Source: a virus (lineage: Duplodnaviria > Caudoviricetes). From it: DNA of 64,000 nucleotides. How positions within the stretch are numbered: position 1 is the stretch's first letter; the number at the start of each line of letters is the position of its first letter. The notes below the pieces were generated by a model, which worked only from the letters and a program-made list of their open reading frames with translations, was not told where the DNA came from and did not search any database. The DNA lies in IMG/VR virus record IMGVR_UViG_3300050491_000011, one strand, 5' to 3'. Below are positions 10,217-20,358 of the stretch, one piece after another. The position numbers and the translations under genes are program-made.

Positions 10217-11529
10217 TGGTTCAATCCTTTCAGGGAAGCGGACAGTTCGTACAAACGATTGTTAGCGAGGTCTTCCTTCAGATCGTTGGAAGCATGATCT
10301 TGACGAATACCGCGAATCATCTCATAGGTAAAAGCGCCGATCTTCCGAATCACATCGCCGAAGCCATGGATCTTAGAAATCTCATCGTCGATTACCGCGA
10401 GGTCTTCAAGAGCCGCATTACGCGTCTTCTTATCAAGCTTTGGATCTTTGAGCAGGGTTACCAGCTCACGGCGAATCATAGCGATCCGTTGCTCCGGTTG
10501 TGGATACGAAGCACCGTCCAACATCCCGAGACCAGACGTGAAGATCACGTTGATGGAGAAGGTCTTGGCAACGCTCCAGATGGACGCAAGTGCAAAGGCC
10601 GCACGTCCGGCTTCCGACAGCGCCTTAAATGGCAGGCCGACGATCTGAAGGCCGTTAGACAGAAGACCTACCCACTTGGCGTCAAAGCCTGAGCGAGCAA
10701 AGACACCTTTGGCACGTTCACGCTTGGCAATGGCACGTACCAGCGCAGCACCCAGCATCCAGCGAGCAGAGAATTGATCCGCTACTGTTTCGGCAAGACG
10801 CTTATCGTACCAGCGAGTACCAGCCTTCTCTTGCATACGAACAACCTGACCTTGCAATACAAGAGCAGTGATCTCAGCAGGAGAGGCATCATCAGGCAGA
10901 ACCTTGGGGTCCATTGCCGACAGCTTCATGGCAGCCTTACCGATGAGGATACGCTTCTCAAGAGGTACGTCTGGATTGATGGCGCCAACAACCTCAGCAA
11001 GGATGATGTTGGTACGCAGCGTTTCACACATGAACTCGTAGTTAGTCCAAGCGTGGCCGACCTCATGGAAGTAGAGAGCTGTCAGTTCGTCAGGTTCAAA
11101 CAAACCCTCGAACATAGACTTACTCATCTCCATGTCGTTACGCAGCTTCGTGAAGAAACCTGTAACACGACCTTTCTTGAGATCGATCGTACCCGTTACC
11201 AACTGAGCGCCGGTCAGGTTGTTGAAGTCGTACTTCTCGATACGCTTGAGCGCATCAAGGTTGATCGGGTTGATAGCGTTCAGGTTTGGGAGGTGACACT
11301 CGACACGATACGATTCGAGGAAGTTCAACTCTTCAACGTAGACCGCTTCCATCCAGACGCCAGTAGCGTCTTTGGTCAACATGGTGATCTCAGCCAAGTA
11401 CTGACGCACCGCATGGGGGTCGTCGAGATTATCCTGAACTTGAGCAAACAGCTTGGTGATTTGTTTCGGCAACTCGGAGTTCGTTTGGAATGCAATAGCC
11501 TCCAACGACTCGTCAATCTTACTGGACAT
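10213..11529 (-). CDS. virion-cluster protein with zincin-like HExxH motif
   Basis: LYFHEVGH plus downstream ETVADQFS; GGAGT SD. Confidence 0.6.
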   Translation of the reverse strand: MSSKIDESLEAIAFQTNSELPKQITKLFAQVQDNLDDPHAVRQYLAEITMLTKDATGVWMEAVYVEELNFLESYRVECHLPNLNAINPINLDALKRIEKYDFNNLTGAQLVTGTIDLKKGRVTGFFTKLRNDMEMSKSMFEGLFEPDELTALYFHEVGHAWTNYEFMCETLRTNIILAEVVGAINPDVPLEKRILIGKAAMKLSAMDPKVLPDDASPAEITALVLQGQVVRMQEKAGTRWYDKRLAETVADQFSARWMLGAALVRAIAKRERAKGVFARSGFDAKWVGLLSNGLQIVGLPFKALSEAGRAAFALASIWSVAKTFSINVIFTSGLGMLDGASYPQPEQRIAMIRRELVTLLKDPKLDKKTRNAALEDLAVIDDEISKIHGFGDVIRKIGAFTYEMIRGIRQDHASNDLKEDLANNRLYELSASLKGLNQ

Positions 11530-11637
11530 AAATCGACTCCTGCCCCAGTGGGTATCATAGCAATTAGAGGAACTGTTAATCGTACAAATTTAATCGCGTG
11601 ACCAATGCTTTACAGGAACGTAGATTCGAGGTTAGCA

Positions 11638-13458
11638 ATGAAGAAGTTTCTCACACCAGCAGAGATCGATGTACATCTCGCACACATTCCAAAAGATCAA
11701 ATTGTATCCCGTGAGTGCAAGCATGCCACTTACGTTCGTCACCGTGGTGGCGATCAGCAAGACTGTCTGGTGATCAAAGAGTGGGTCACCCTTAAAGACG
11801 GTTCACGGTTCCCACGCGTCAGGATGGTTGAGAACTACAAGCGTCCGTACTGGGTAACGAAAGAACCATTCCGTACTCACCCTGACAAGATTCAGTTCGA
11901 AGAGCTGAAGCGTCTGGACATGTTCCGTGTACCGCAGTGCAAACTGCGTCAAGACATCTGCTTCCGCATTCGTGGGCTGCAACCAAACAACCCAATGAAG
12001 GTGTTGGCTCGCAGTCCTTACTTGTACGGGCTCGACACTGGCCCTGAAGTCTTCATGAAGCAGAGCTACGCCGACAAGTGGCCCAATGCCTTCCAGCCGA
12101 ACAGAGTGTCCGTAATCGACGCCGAGACCGACGTGAACGGTCTGCTGCACTCTAAGCTACAGTTGCCGATTCTTTGGTCATTGGTTAGCGATGATGAGAT
12201 CGTCCTCTACGTGAACGATACGTGGGCGTTTGACATCGACAACTACGAAGAGCAGATCCACAAAGAATACCAATCGGTAATCGGACAGTGGGCTGCGGCC
12301 ATCCGTAAGAAGATGACCAACAAGAAGACTGGCGAGTGTCCTGATTGGGTGGACATGATCGAGAAGATCCCAGTCCGCGTCGAGCGTCTGAAGAATGACT
12401 TCGACATCACTAAGGGGATGGTCGATCGTCTGCATGAAACACAACCGGATCTGGTAACAGGCTGGAACGTATTCTTCGATGCTAAATGTATCGAGAACTC
12501 CGTAACCAACGCTGGCTACGATTTGGCTGACGTCATGTCTGATCCTCGTGTTCCTTACGAGTGGCGCGGTGCGTTGCTGACTGAAGGTCAGGCTGTTAAA
12601 CGTACGTCGTCTGGACGTGAGATGCGTCTTGATCCGCAAGAACGTTGGAACAAGGTACTCAACACAGCCTCATGGCGCATGCAGGACATGATGCAGCTGT
12701 ATTGGCAGTTGCGTAAGGCCAAGGGTAAGGAATCTGGTGGTTACGGCTTAGACGCTGTTCTAGACCGTCAGTTGTCTGTGGGTAAGCTCAAGTACGATAC
12801 CGAAGATACTTCGGTGCCGCCTGGGACACTTCACTGGCACATGGACATGCAGCGGAACTACAAGGTTCGCTACGGCGTGTACAACATCATCGACTCCTTG
12901 GCAGTTTGGGCGCTCGATAAGAAGAACCAAGACTTGAGTTCTCAGATCTCATCTCTTGCAGGTCCACTGGATTACTCCAACTTCAACTCGCAGCCGAAGA
13001 TCAACGTCACTGACATGCTCTTCAGCACGATCAAGAAGCTGGGCAAAGTAATCTGCTCCACATCTGATCAAATGGCCGATGAGAACGATGCGCTGCTCTC
13101 CGGTAAGGATGGGTGGATCGTAACCTTCCCAAGCCACATTGTTGCGGATACGGGACTGTTCTTATTTGAGGACATGCCTGAGATCCGATCAATGATCCAC
13201 ATGTTCAACGCGGATGCTGACGTGGAAACTACGTATCCGATTTCTGAGATCATTCAGAACCTCTCCAGTGAGACGACAATTGCAGAACCTTGTCGTGTGA
13301 TGGGTGTAGGGCGTGAAGCACTGCGTCTTGCAAGTATCAACCTTACTGGTGGTCGTGTGAACTCGGTCGAGATTGTGGAATCCATCTGTAAGATGCCGAT
13401 GTTCGATGAATGGCTGGAACAAGCTACCATTGACATCGAAGAGATCAAAGCAGCATAA
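11638..13458 (+). CDS. family B DNA polymerase, exonuclease-containing subunit of split polymerase
   Basis: ExoI IDAETD, ExoII GWNVFFD, ExoIII YNIIDS, motif A-like DADVETTYP; no motif B/C in this ORF. Confidence 0.8.
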   Translation: MKKFLTPAEIDVHLAHIPKDQIVSRECKHATYVRHRGGDQQDCLVIKEWVTLKDGSRFPRVRMVENYKRPYWVTKEPFRTHPDKIQFEELKRLDMFRVPQCKLRQDICFRIRGLQPNNPMKVLARSPYLYGLDTGPEVFMKQSYADKWPNAFQPNRVSVIDAETDVNGLLHSKLQLPILWSLVSDDEIVLYVNDTWAFDIDNYEEQIHKEYQSVIGQWAAAIRKKMTNKKTGECPDWVDMIEKIPVRVERLKNDFDITKGMVDRLHETQPDLVTGWNVFFDAKCIENSVTNAGYDLADVMSDPRVPYEWRGALLTEGQAVKRTSSGREMRLDPQERWNKVLNTASWRMQDMMQLYWQLRKAKGKESGGYGLDAVLDRQLSVGKLKYDTEDTSVPPGTLHWHMDMQRNYKVRYGVYNIIDSLAVWALDKKNQDLSSQISSLAGPLDYSNFNSQPKINVTDMLFSTIKKLGKVICSTSDQMADENDALLSGKDGWIVTFPSHIVADTGLFLFEDMPEIRSMIHMFNADADVETTYPISEIIQNLSSETTIAEPCRVMGVGREALRLASINLTGGRVNSVEIVESICKMPMFDEWLEQATIDIEEIKAA

Positions 13459-13504
13459 GGAACCAGCACACTACAGAGTGATCTGTAGTGTGCTGGGGTT
13501 TATG
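13454..13504. terminator. bidirectional hairpin overlapping both stop codons
   Basis: CATAA..CCAGCACACTACAGA-GTGA-TCTGTAGTGTGCTGG..TTTATG. Confidence 0.8.
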
Positions 13505-16442
13505 CCTGCATTGGCTGGTGAAGCTTGAAGTTCACTTCGATAGCGTCAACAACCGAGTACGTGCCATCGGCCTGAGATTCCAGAGCCTTAGCAATACACA
13601 GACGAGACGAAGCATCCATCAAGGTGATCACGTCGTAGTCTTTATCAGCACCACCCAACCCAGTGAGACTAGCGCCGATAACGTCGTTAGCACCAAGGTT
13701 GTTGTAGATGTCGGTTTCGATCACGTTACGAGATACACGCTGGTTATCAAGACCTGCCACCACACGAGCAATCGTAGTGACTTCCATCGCGTCCCGAAGG
13801 TCAGTATTACCGTACACCTCTTTGCTGACCCAGAGGGTCACTGTCAGAGACTGAGACGTGTGCAGGGTTACCAGCTCACTGTCTTGTACAGTTGCTTCCA
13901 CGAACTTCAGAGTGTTGCGAGGCTGGAAGAACAAGTCGGTACGTTCGAACAGTTCTTGACGAACCGGAGCAAGCACTTCGTTGATCCACTCATTGAGGAT
14001 CTGAGGTACTTCCTTCACGTAAGTCAGATCACCACCTTTGGTAGCGTAGCGATACACGCCATCGAACAAGCAGACATCCCACCAGTGGATAACGTTACGT
14101 TCCGATTCGTAGATCGGGTTACCGTTCTCGTCGAGGACTGCGTCGTTGATGTAGTGCAGGACTGTCTTGTTGCCGTCGGCATTAAGAACGAAGTCGCCTT
14201 TCCTGTGCTTGATCTTGAGTTGCTTGATACCATCAACCACTTCAAAGACCGGCTGCTTGTCAGCATCGAACTCGTAGTAGTTCTTATCCCACGTCTGATA
14301 CACAACTGCATCGTAGGTCTGAACTTTACGCAGGCCTGCCAAGTCACGGCAAAGCGCCCACAGACCAGTCAGCTCATCGCCCAGCTTGATCGTCAGCTCT
14401 TCGTGGTAAATACCAGTCGAACCATCAGGTAAGAGGAAGTCACCCAACACCTGATCCACTTCAGTAGTCTTCGCATCTTCAACAGCGTAATCGGACACCG
14501 ACCAGATCAGCGAGAACTGGTTGGTCAGGTAAGTAGACAGATTACGTGCTTCAGGTTCGTACATGCTGAAGTTAGACAACGTCAGCTCATGGTCACCGTT
14601 GATGTCCCAGTTACTGTCGAGACGGAACGTGTAGATACGCTCACCGTTCTTAGCGATCTGCACACCGTTAACGTAAGCGTAGTCACTCTCACCAACAGGT
14701 TTGAATGCAAGCTGTACGTGAACCTGATCATCTCTCAGCGCTTGCCACGCATCGTTAGACGAGCTGCGAACTGTCAGCAGATAACCAGCATCATCGCGAA
14801 CGACAGACATGGTGTTGCTGGAGCTTACAGTCAAGCCCAAGGTATCGTTACTGGCGAGGAACGACTTGACGTCGATCTCTGGAGCGTTCAAGTAGTACGG
14901 CCGTACTTCGAAGTTGAAGTTGGCAGTGTCGAGAACGTAGTGCAGTGGAGTCCAGAGGTAAGTGCCATCGGAGACCTTGTTGATCAGTGGATCACCTTTC
15001 AACAGATCGATCGCTTTACGATCAGCATCCTTAACGATAGTCAACACGCCATCGATGTACCGATACAGAGTCTTCGGAGTCACCGTGAAACGCTGACCAT
15101 TGTCGACGACCGTTTCGTATTGCAGCAGATCAGCGATAGCGAACTTGGCCGTGATAACAGCGGAGTCGATACCTGTGGTCGCTACACCTGCTTCGTTCAC
15201 CGGCATGGCGCGAGTGGCGAGGAAGGTACGTTCGGTAACCACGTCTGTAGGCTTCATCGAGTCGAAACCCAATTCGTCCAGAGTGGTCTTCATCTGCAAG
15301 TCACTGACCGGGATAACCGCATCACCAACTGCGTTGTTGAGAACACGACTACGACGCTGTTCAAACGTCGGAGCATCAGCACCACCACTGATCAGATCGG
15401 TGGAAACAATGCTGATTGTGTTCATCGTAGACAACGGAGCCTTATAGACACCAGCATCATCGTTATCAAGGTCGCTGTAAGTCGCTACGAACGCTTCCGG
15501 CGGCAGACCTGACAAAGACATCGTCATCTGGCCTTTCGTCGTGTATACGTCAACACGGATGTCTTTCGTGGTGAGGTTGGTTGCGAAGTAAACGTACGGC
15601 AGCTCAATCGTCAGCTCGTTGTTCACCAACTTGTACAGCAGAGTCGGGTCAGTCGGGTCGAACGATTGGATGCTGTTGGTCGTCTTGATCTCATCCCACC
15701 CTTTGGTGGCAGTGTTACGAGAGAACGCCCGAACGTAGTAGAACTTATCAGTCAGGGTCAGAACCTTCTTCAGGGACTTGGCGCCAGACAGACTGTAGGT
15801 GTACGACGTCAGCAACATCTGCTTGATCGGCACATCCACACGAAGCATCTCAACGACACCGCCGTTGTTTGGATCAACGAGAGTCCTGACAGGTTGTGTC
15901 TTGACCTTGTTACCCGAAAGCTTCTGAAGAGGCGATGGGCGACTGCCATCGTAAACCACATCGATACCACCGTTACGCTTCACGATGAAGTTGATAGCGT
16001 ATTGGAAAGTGAACGCGACGTTGTTCACGACAATCCGAGTGTGCTTCGGAATGGTCAGGCGCTTAGTGCCGGTATTGCCGACAGGTACAGCGCTAGCGAT
16101 GATCTCATCGACCGAGAAGAACCAACTGAAGGTTCCGTCAGCAGGAGTATCGAACATCCCCTCGAAGTCTTTGTCGGACAGGTGATAGAACAGAGTCTCA
16201 TCGTCCACAGCCTGAATCGGATACTGGCGTGTGTTGAGAACCTGGTCTTCCTGAATGCCAGCCAACCCTAGGACGACAGACATTTCCATCAAGTGAGGAA
16301 ACGGCGCGGATGGGTTGGTTACAATCGTTGCACCGTCGAACGCTTCCTCGGTCATTCCCATCAGTAGAGGAATGATTCGAGTTGGTTCGTACTGCATCTC
16401 CGCCATCTCATCGAGAATGGTGGTGTGATCAATTGTAGTCAT
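13500..16442 (-). CDS. baseplate wedge protein (T4 gp6/baseplate J-like)
   Basis: 980 aa; GGADAPTFEQRRSR resembles the gp6/J GGxDxE..R motif; structural cluster. Confidence 0.6.
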   Translation of the reverse strand: MTTIDHTTILDEMAEMQYEPTRIIPLLMGMTEEAFDGATIVTNPSAPFPHLMEMSVVLGLAGIQEDQVLNTRQYPIQAVDDETLFYHLSDKDFEGMFDTPADGTFSWFFSVDEIIASAVPVGNTGTKRLTIPKHTRIVVNNVAFTFQYAINFIVKRNGGIDVVYDGSRPSPLQKLSGNKVKTQPVRTLVDPNNGGVVEMLRVDVPIKQMLLTSYTYSLSGAKSLKKVLTLTDKFYYVRAFSRNTATKGWDEIKTTNSIQSFDPTDPTLLYKLVNNELTIELPYVYFATNLTTKDIRVDVYTTKGQMTMSLSGLPPEAFVATYSDLDNDDAGVYKAPLSTMNTISIVSTDLISGGADAPTFEQRRSRVLNNAVGDAVIPVSDLQMKTTLDELGFDSMKPTDVVTERTFLATRAMPVNEAGVATTGIDSAVITAKFAIADLLQYETVVDNGQRFTVTPKTLYRYIDGVLTIVKDADRKAIDLLKGDPLINKVSDGTYLWTPLHYVLDTANFNFEVRPYYLNAPEIDVKSFLASNDTLGLTVSSSNTMSVVRDDAGYLLTVRSSSNDAWQALRDDQVHVQLAFKPVGESDYAYVNGVQIAKNGERIYTFRLDSNWDINGDHELTLSNFSMYEPEARNLSTYLTNQFSLIWSVSDYAVEDAKTTEVDQVLGDFLLPDGSTGIYHEELTIKLGDELTGLWALCRDLAGLRKVQTYDAVVYQTWDKNYYEFDADKQPVFEVVDGIKQLKIKHRKGDFVLNADGNKTVLHYINDAVLDENGNPIYESERNVIHWWDVCLFDGVYRYATKGGDLTYVKEVPQILNEWINEVLAPVRQELFERTDLFFQPRNTLKFVEATVQDSELVTLHTSQSLTVTLWVSKEVYGNTDLRDAMEVTTIARVVAGLDNQRVSRNVIETDIYNNLGANDVIGASLTGLGGADKDYDVITLMDASSRLCIAKALESQADGTYSVVDAIEVNFKLHQPMQA

Positions 16443-16444
16443 GA

Positions 16445-17515
16445 TTAGAGACCCTTCGTCAGAGCTTTGTACTGTTCGTTTTCAATCCACCACTGGAGTT
16501 CGTTCGTTTCCAGATCGATCCATGGATAGCCGTTGTAGTTTGTCGCAGCGTAGAAGGCATAAGGCACTTTGGTGTATTTCTGAGTGCGGGTGGAATCTTG
16601 CATGCCTTTGTTAGTGCGAGCAATCCGGTAGTTGAATTCAAGCAACTGGATCGGATCGTTGTACACAGCGCCAACCGAGGTGAAGGTTACGGAGAGTTGC
16701 TTGTTCTCAAACTCAGCCGCTTCCTCACGGTTAAAGCCGAAGCCTGCACCGATGGAAAGGTTGGTCGGTACGGAAGCACCGGTGTGGAACCACTGAACGA
16801 TCTTCTGCCCATTCGTATCCAACTTGAAGCGTTCAATACGAGTGAAGTAATCCATCTCGTTCTGAACACGTTGAGCTGGATGGGGGATGATCGGACCAAT
16901 CCGAAGATAGGTCATGTACAACAACCAAGTGTGGAACAATGCGAGAACCGCGTTGCCCTTAAAGTTGTTGAACGTACAGGTCAAGTCAAACCGACCATTA
17001 TACTCAGCGATCGAGTCGTTCATAATCCAGGTCTCTTTAGCGATACCTTCAGGACTACTATAGATGTTGACGCCGATGTCAGGCGGTGAGCTCATGGTCA
17101 TGATGCTGTTTGTCAGCAACGTGATGTAAGGATTCAGGTTATCCACGAGGGCCGATTGTTTGGCCGTCTTGTATGTTGTGGGGTCCAACATCATCCTTAC
17201 AGCGTATTGATATGACAGAGGGTCTTGCGTCATAAGCGCAGCGAGTTGTCGGACGGGCGATATGTTATCGTACGACAGGTTGAGGTTTGGGCGTGTAAAC
17301 AACACCAAGCCTTGCAACTCTCTATGAAGCGGTAAAGGCGCTAAGTTGGGCAGTCGGTTGAGTCCGAAGAACATGTCGCTATAGCGGCTGAACTCGGCAC
17401 CGGCACCCATAGTCCTGGAGATGCTATCAAGTAATGCGTAAGAGTTGTCGAGTCCGCCAGCGTCAGCAACGGACTTCATAATCGTGTTATAGAGAAAATC
17501 ATCTGCTGTGGACAT
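16445..17515 (-). CDS. virion structural protein (possible tail-tube-fold baseplate protein)
   Basis: 356 aa, beta-rich, adjacent to wedge gene. Confidence 0.45.
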   Translation of the reverse strand: MSTADDFLYNTIMKSVADAGGLDNSYALLDSISRTMGAGAEFSRYSDMFFGLNRLPNLAPLPLHRELQGLVLFTRPNLNLSYDNISPVRQLAALMTQDPLSYQYAVRMMLDPTTYKTAKQSALVDNLNPYITLLTNSIMTMSSPPDIGVNIYSSPEGIAKETWIMNDSIAEYNGRFDLTCTFNNFKGNAVLALFHTWLLYMTYLRIGPIIPHPAQRVQNEMDYFTRIERFKLDTNGQKIVQWFHTGASVPTNLSIGAGFGFNREEAAEFENKQLSVTFTSVGAVYNDPIQLLEFNYRIARTNKGMQDSTRTQKYTKVPYAFYAATNYNGYPWIDLETNELQWWIENEQYKALTKGL

Positions 17516-17650
17516 GGGAAACCTCAGTCTTTCGTTTATTCCTAGAAATACAAAGAGAAGGGATGCGCCCCTTCACTGAAAACCATCACCATCCCCATCT
17601 ATGCAGGCGGTTTATCCATCGGCGATAATTGCCTTAGGAGTAAAATAAAG

Positions 17651-18859
17651 ATGATTGCTGAAATCCTCAAAGCTGCGGGTGCTGTTGCCGGAGGTGCGAT
17701 CCTTCATGCAACTGCAAAGGCTATTGGCGAGAACGTAGCCACCAAAGTCGTTGACACCTCGCTCAATAAAATGGTCGATGTCTTGACTGGCCAATGGGCC
17801 GGCGGCGCTGGTCAGAACTACATCTCCAAAACCCAATCCGTGCGTATCGAACCGTTCACTCTGATCGATTCGCGTGCAGTGCGTTTGCCGTACATGAAGG
17901 ACGTGATGAACGTCGCTCAGCGGCTGTTCACTTCGTACTATCTGTTGTCGGTTGCTTCTGACAACAAGGTTGGCGGCGTGCGCGTTGCGAAGTACCTCGA
18001 CAAATTTGCACCTGATCGTGACTTGCACGAAGCGACGAAAGAGTTTCTTTCGATGGAGTCATATCAATTCGGCCTGCCTTTCGTTGGCGAAGCCGCTGGC
18101 CTGAACCGCTATTCGGACTACACCACCGAAGCGTTCGATCCAACCAAAGGCCCAGGCGCGCCAGCCCAAGGTAATGGCGCTACCTACGCTGCTGGCACCG
18201 CTAGCACCCTGAAAGACGTCGGTAACCTGGCTGTTGGTCAGATCGTTGACGTGAAGATTCAGGACGGTCAGAACTCCGCCACCATCCCAGTCTCCATTCG
18301 CATGCGCACCATCGGCATGGAACCGGTTACTCTGGTTGAACTGCTATCTCTGGTCGGCGCTGATCAAAGCACCTCCACCCGGTGGCGTAAGTTCAAGGTC
18401 GGCGAACTGACCTTGTGGAAAGACCTGGTTATGGCTCAAGACCGTATCGACGATTATCGCCGTGCAGTTGTGAACGACAAGTCGGGCTACTTCCGCAAAG
18501 CTCACAAGCGCCAGAACCGCGGCATCGTCGCCAACCTGCTGACTTCCCGCCCATCGATCGGCGACGCCACTTCGGTCTGCATCATCACCAAAGATACACA
18601 GCGTGAAGTTGAAGGCAAGATGAACGGTCGCTTCTCTGACTTCGCTACACGTCAGCAGATGTTCGAAGGCGGTCTGATGATGCTCCTGTTCGTTATCGAC
18701 CCGGACATGGAAACTCTGACCATCTACACCCGCGACATCGAAGACTACGGTGTTTACACTATGTCCGATATCAAGTCGGCTGGTCCTTCGAGCGGCAACA
18801 CCGATCTGTCCGAGATCATGCGTTCCTATCTGGAAGGCAAAGTCCCAGGCCGTCTGTAA
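17651..18859 (+). CDS. virion structural/inner head protein
   Basis: 402 aa; SMES cleavage-type site; first gene of structural operon. Confidence 0.55.
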   Translation: MIAEILKAAGAVAGGAILHATAKAIGENVATKVVDTSLNKMVDVLTGQWAGGAGQNYISKTQSVRIEPFTLIDSRAVRLPYMKDVMNVAQRLFTSYYLLSVASDNKVGGVRVAKYLDKFAPDRDLHEATKEFLSMESYQFGLPFVGEAAGLNRYSDYTTEAFDPTKGPGAPAQGNGATYAAGTASTLKDVGNLAVGQIVDVKIQDGQNSATIPVSIRMRTIGMEPVTLVELLSLVGADQSTSTRWRKFKVGELTLWKDLVMAQDRIDDYRRAVVNDKSGYFRKAHKRQNRGIVANLLTSRPSIGDATSVCIITKDTQREVEGKMNGRFSDFATRQQMFEGGLMMLLFVIDPDMETLTIYTRDIEDYGVYTMSDIKSAGPSSGNTDLSEIMRSYLEGKVPGRL

Positions 18860-18885
18860 TCATCACGAAATAAGAGAAGAGTCCA

Positions 18886-19788
18886 ATGGATATCTTAAGC
18901 TGGGTTAGTTCCATCCTCCCGACCTTCGGGAAGAAAGACGTGCGTGAGAAGTTGCGCACCATCTCGAAGAAACTGACGGACATCGTCAAGCCTTCGGTTG
19001 AGCTGTTTCGTGAAGAGATCAAGGAACGCCAACTGAAGTCTGCTTACGGTAAGTCCTTCTTCAAGGACATCGTGGGCGTTCTTCCGTCGCGTCTCCAAGG
19101 CGGCGATAGCCCGTTCAGCTTCGTGCTGACCATGGCGATCGACAACGCGGTCAAGCTGCTCGACCAGCTCGAGCAGTACGTTACCAAGAACATGGGTGAG
19201 ACCATCCATATCGAAGGTATCACGTACCAGAAGGCGTCGGTGATTCGTCTCATCGAGATGATCGACTTCTTCGCGGATTACTCCAACCGGAACCTGTCCT
19301 ACCTTGTTGCGTCTGAGACCAACATCGAAGCGTTCGACAAGCCCGACGGTAATCCGTTTACGCCTTTCGCCTTGAAGTATCTTCAGAACAACAAGCTGCC
19401 CTACATTCAAATGTTGGGCCTATTGCTGAATGACCCGAAGAAGATCATGGGCGACATCAACGGCATCCCGGAAGTCGTAATGACTGACGCCGGTGTCGGT
19501 GAAGTGCCTGCTCTGGCAGGCGGTGCTGCTGACCCTCTTCGTCTGGGCGCGTTCCCGATCGTTACCAGTGTGTTCCACTGGGTTGGCCTGCGTAACGTCG
19601 ATTACGATATCGAGCGCTACGAGTTGGCCAAGAAAGAACGCCGTGACATCGAGATGCGTCTCGAGACTCTGCGTCAGCGTCGCTCGGGCAACCAAGACGC
19701 TCAGGCCGAAGTCATCATCGGCAACTACGAGCGTGAGCTGACTCTGGCCCGTGCCAAGGTCACCACGATGGAGGAGAAGCTGCGATGA
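18886..19788 (+). CDS. virion structural/inner body protein
   Basis: 300 aa helical protein with C-terminal coiled coil in head cluster. Confidence 0.55.
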   Translation: MDILSWVSSILPTFGKKDVREKLRTISKKLTDIVKPSVELFREEIKERQLKSAYGKSFFKDIVGVLPSRLQGGDSPFSFVLTMAIDNAVKLLDQLEQYVTKNMGETIHIEGITYQKASVIRLIEMIDFFADYSNRNLSYLVASETNIEAFDKPDGNPFTPFALKYLQNNKLPYIQMLGLLLNDPKKIMGDINGIPEVVMTDAGVGEVPALAGGAADPLRLGAFPIVTSVFHWVGLRNVDYDIERYELAKKERRDIEMRLETLRQRRSGNQDAQAEVIIGNYERELTLARAKVTTMEEKLR

Positions 19789-20300
19789 GCAACCTCGTAT
19801 ATACACACCGTGGCTTCCCATGCGTGATGGATATCGAGATTTCCCAAGGGGCTGTTTACGAAGCCCCTGAGGTCAGCACGATCTATCGTGAACGCATGCA
19901 GCAAACTCGCCCTGGGTTTGAAGTCGAACTCGATCAGGTTGAAATGCTATTAGGTGAGTGGACTCGTACTGGTGGCTTCTTCACCCCGAGTCTGCACCCG
20001 TCGGTACGTCTGAGCGGCTCTGTGCAGTCGTTCATTGCCGAGACAGCGCTCTTCCTGACCAAGCGTATCACTCGCCGTCGCGTCAGCTTCCAAGACCGCG
20101 GTATGCTGATGAAGCAAGACATCGCTGTGGCCACACGTCTCCCAACCTTCACTGATGACGAGCGTGCGGCATTGACTGAACTCTCTGGTATGAAACCAGA
20201 AGTTCTGATCCAGTTCTGGATCACCCGGCTGGGCCTGGACGATCTGTCTTGCTCCATGCAGTTGTATGTAGGTGACCGTTCCAATTCGGACATGATGTAA
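19785..20300 (+). CDS. hypothetical virion-cluster protein
   Basis: Coupled ORF. Confidence 0.65.
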   Translation: MSNLVYTHRGFPCVMDIEISQGAVYEAPEVSTIYRERMQQTRPGFEVELDQVEMLLGEWTRTGGFFTPSLHPSVRLSGSVQSFIAETALFLTKRITRRRVSFQDRGMLMKQDIAVATRLPTFTDDERAALTELSGMKPEVLIQFWITRLGLDDLSCSMQLYVGDRSNSDMM

Positions 20301-20358
20301 TAATGTGCGTATACGCCGTCGGTTGCGCACCGACGATTAATATCCCTAGGAGTTTCAC

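Noticed and set aside
5522-17603. Isolated TATG tetramers in divergent intergenic gaps (5530, 17600) as late promoters
   Set aside because: A 4-mer has too little information to call without TSS data
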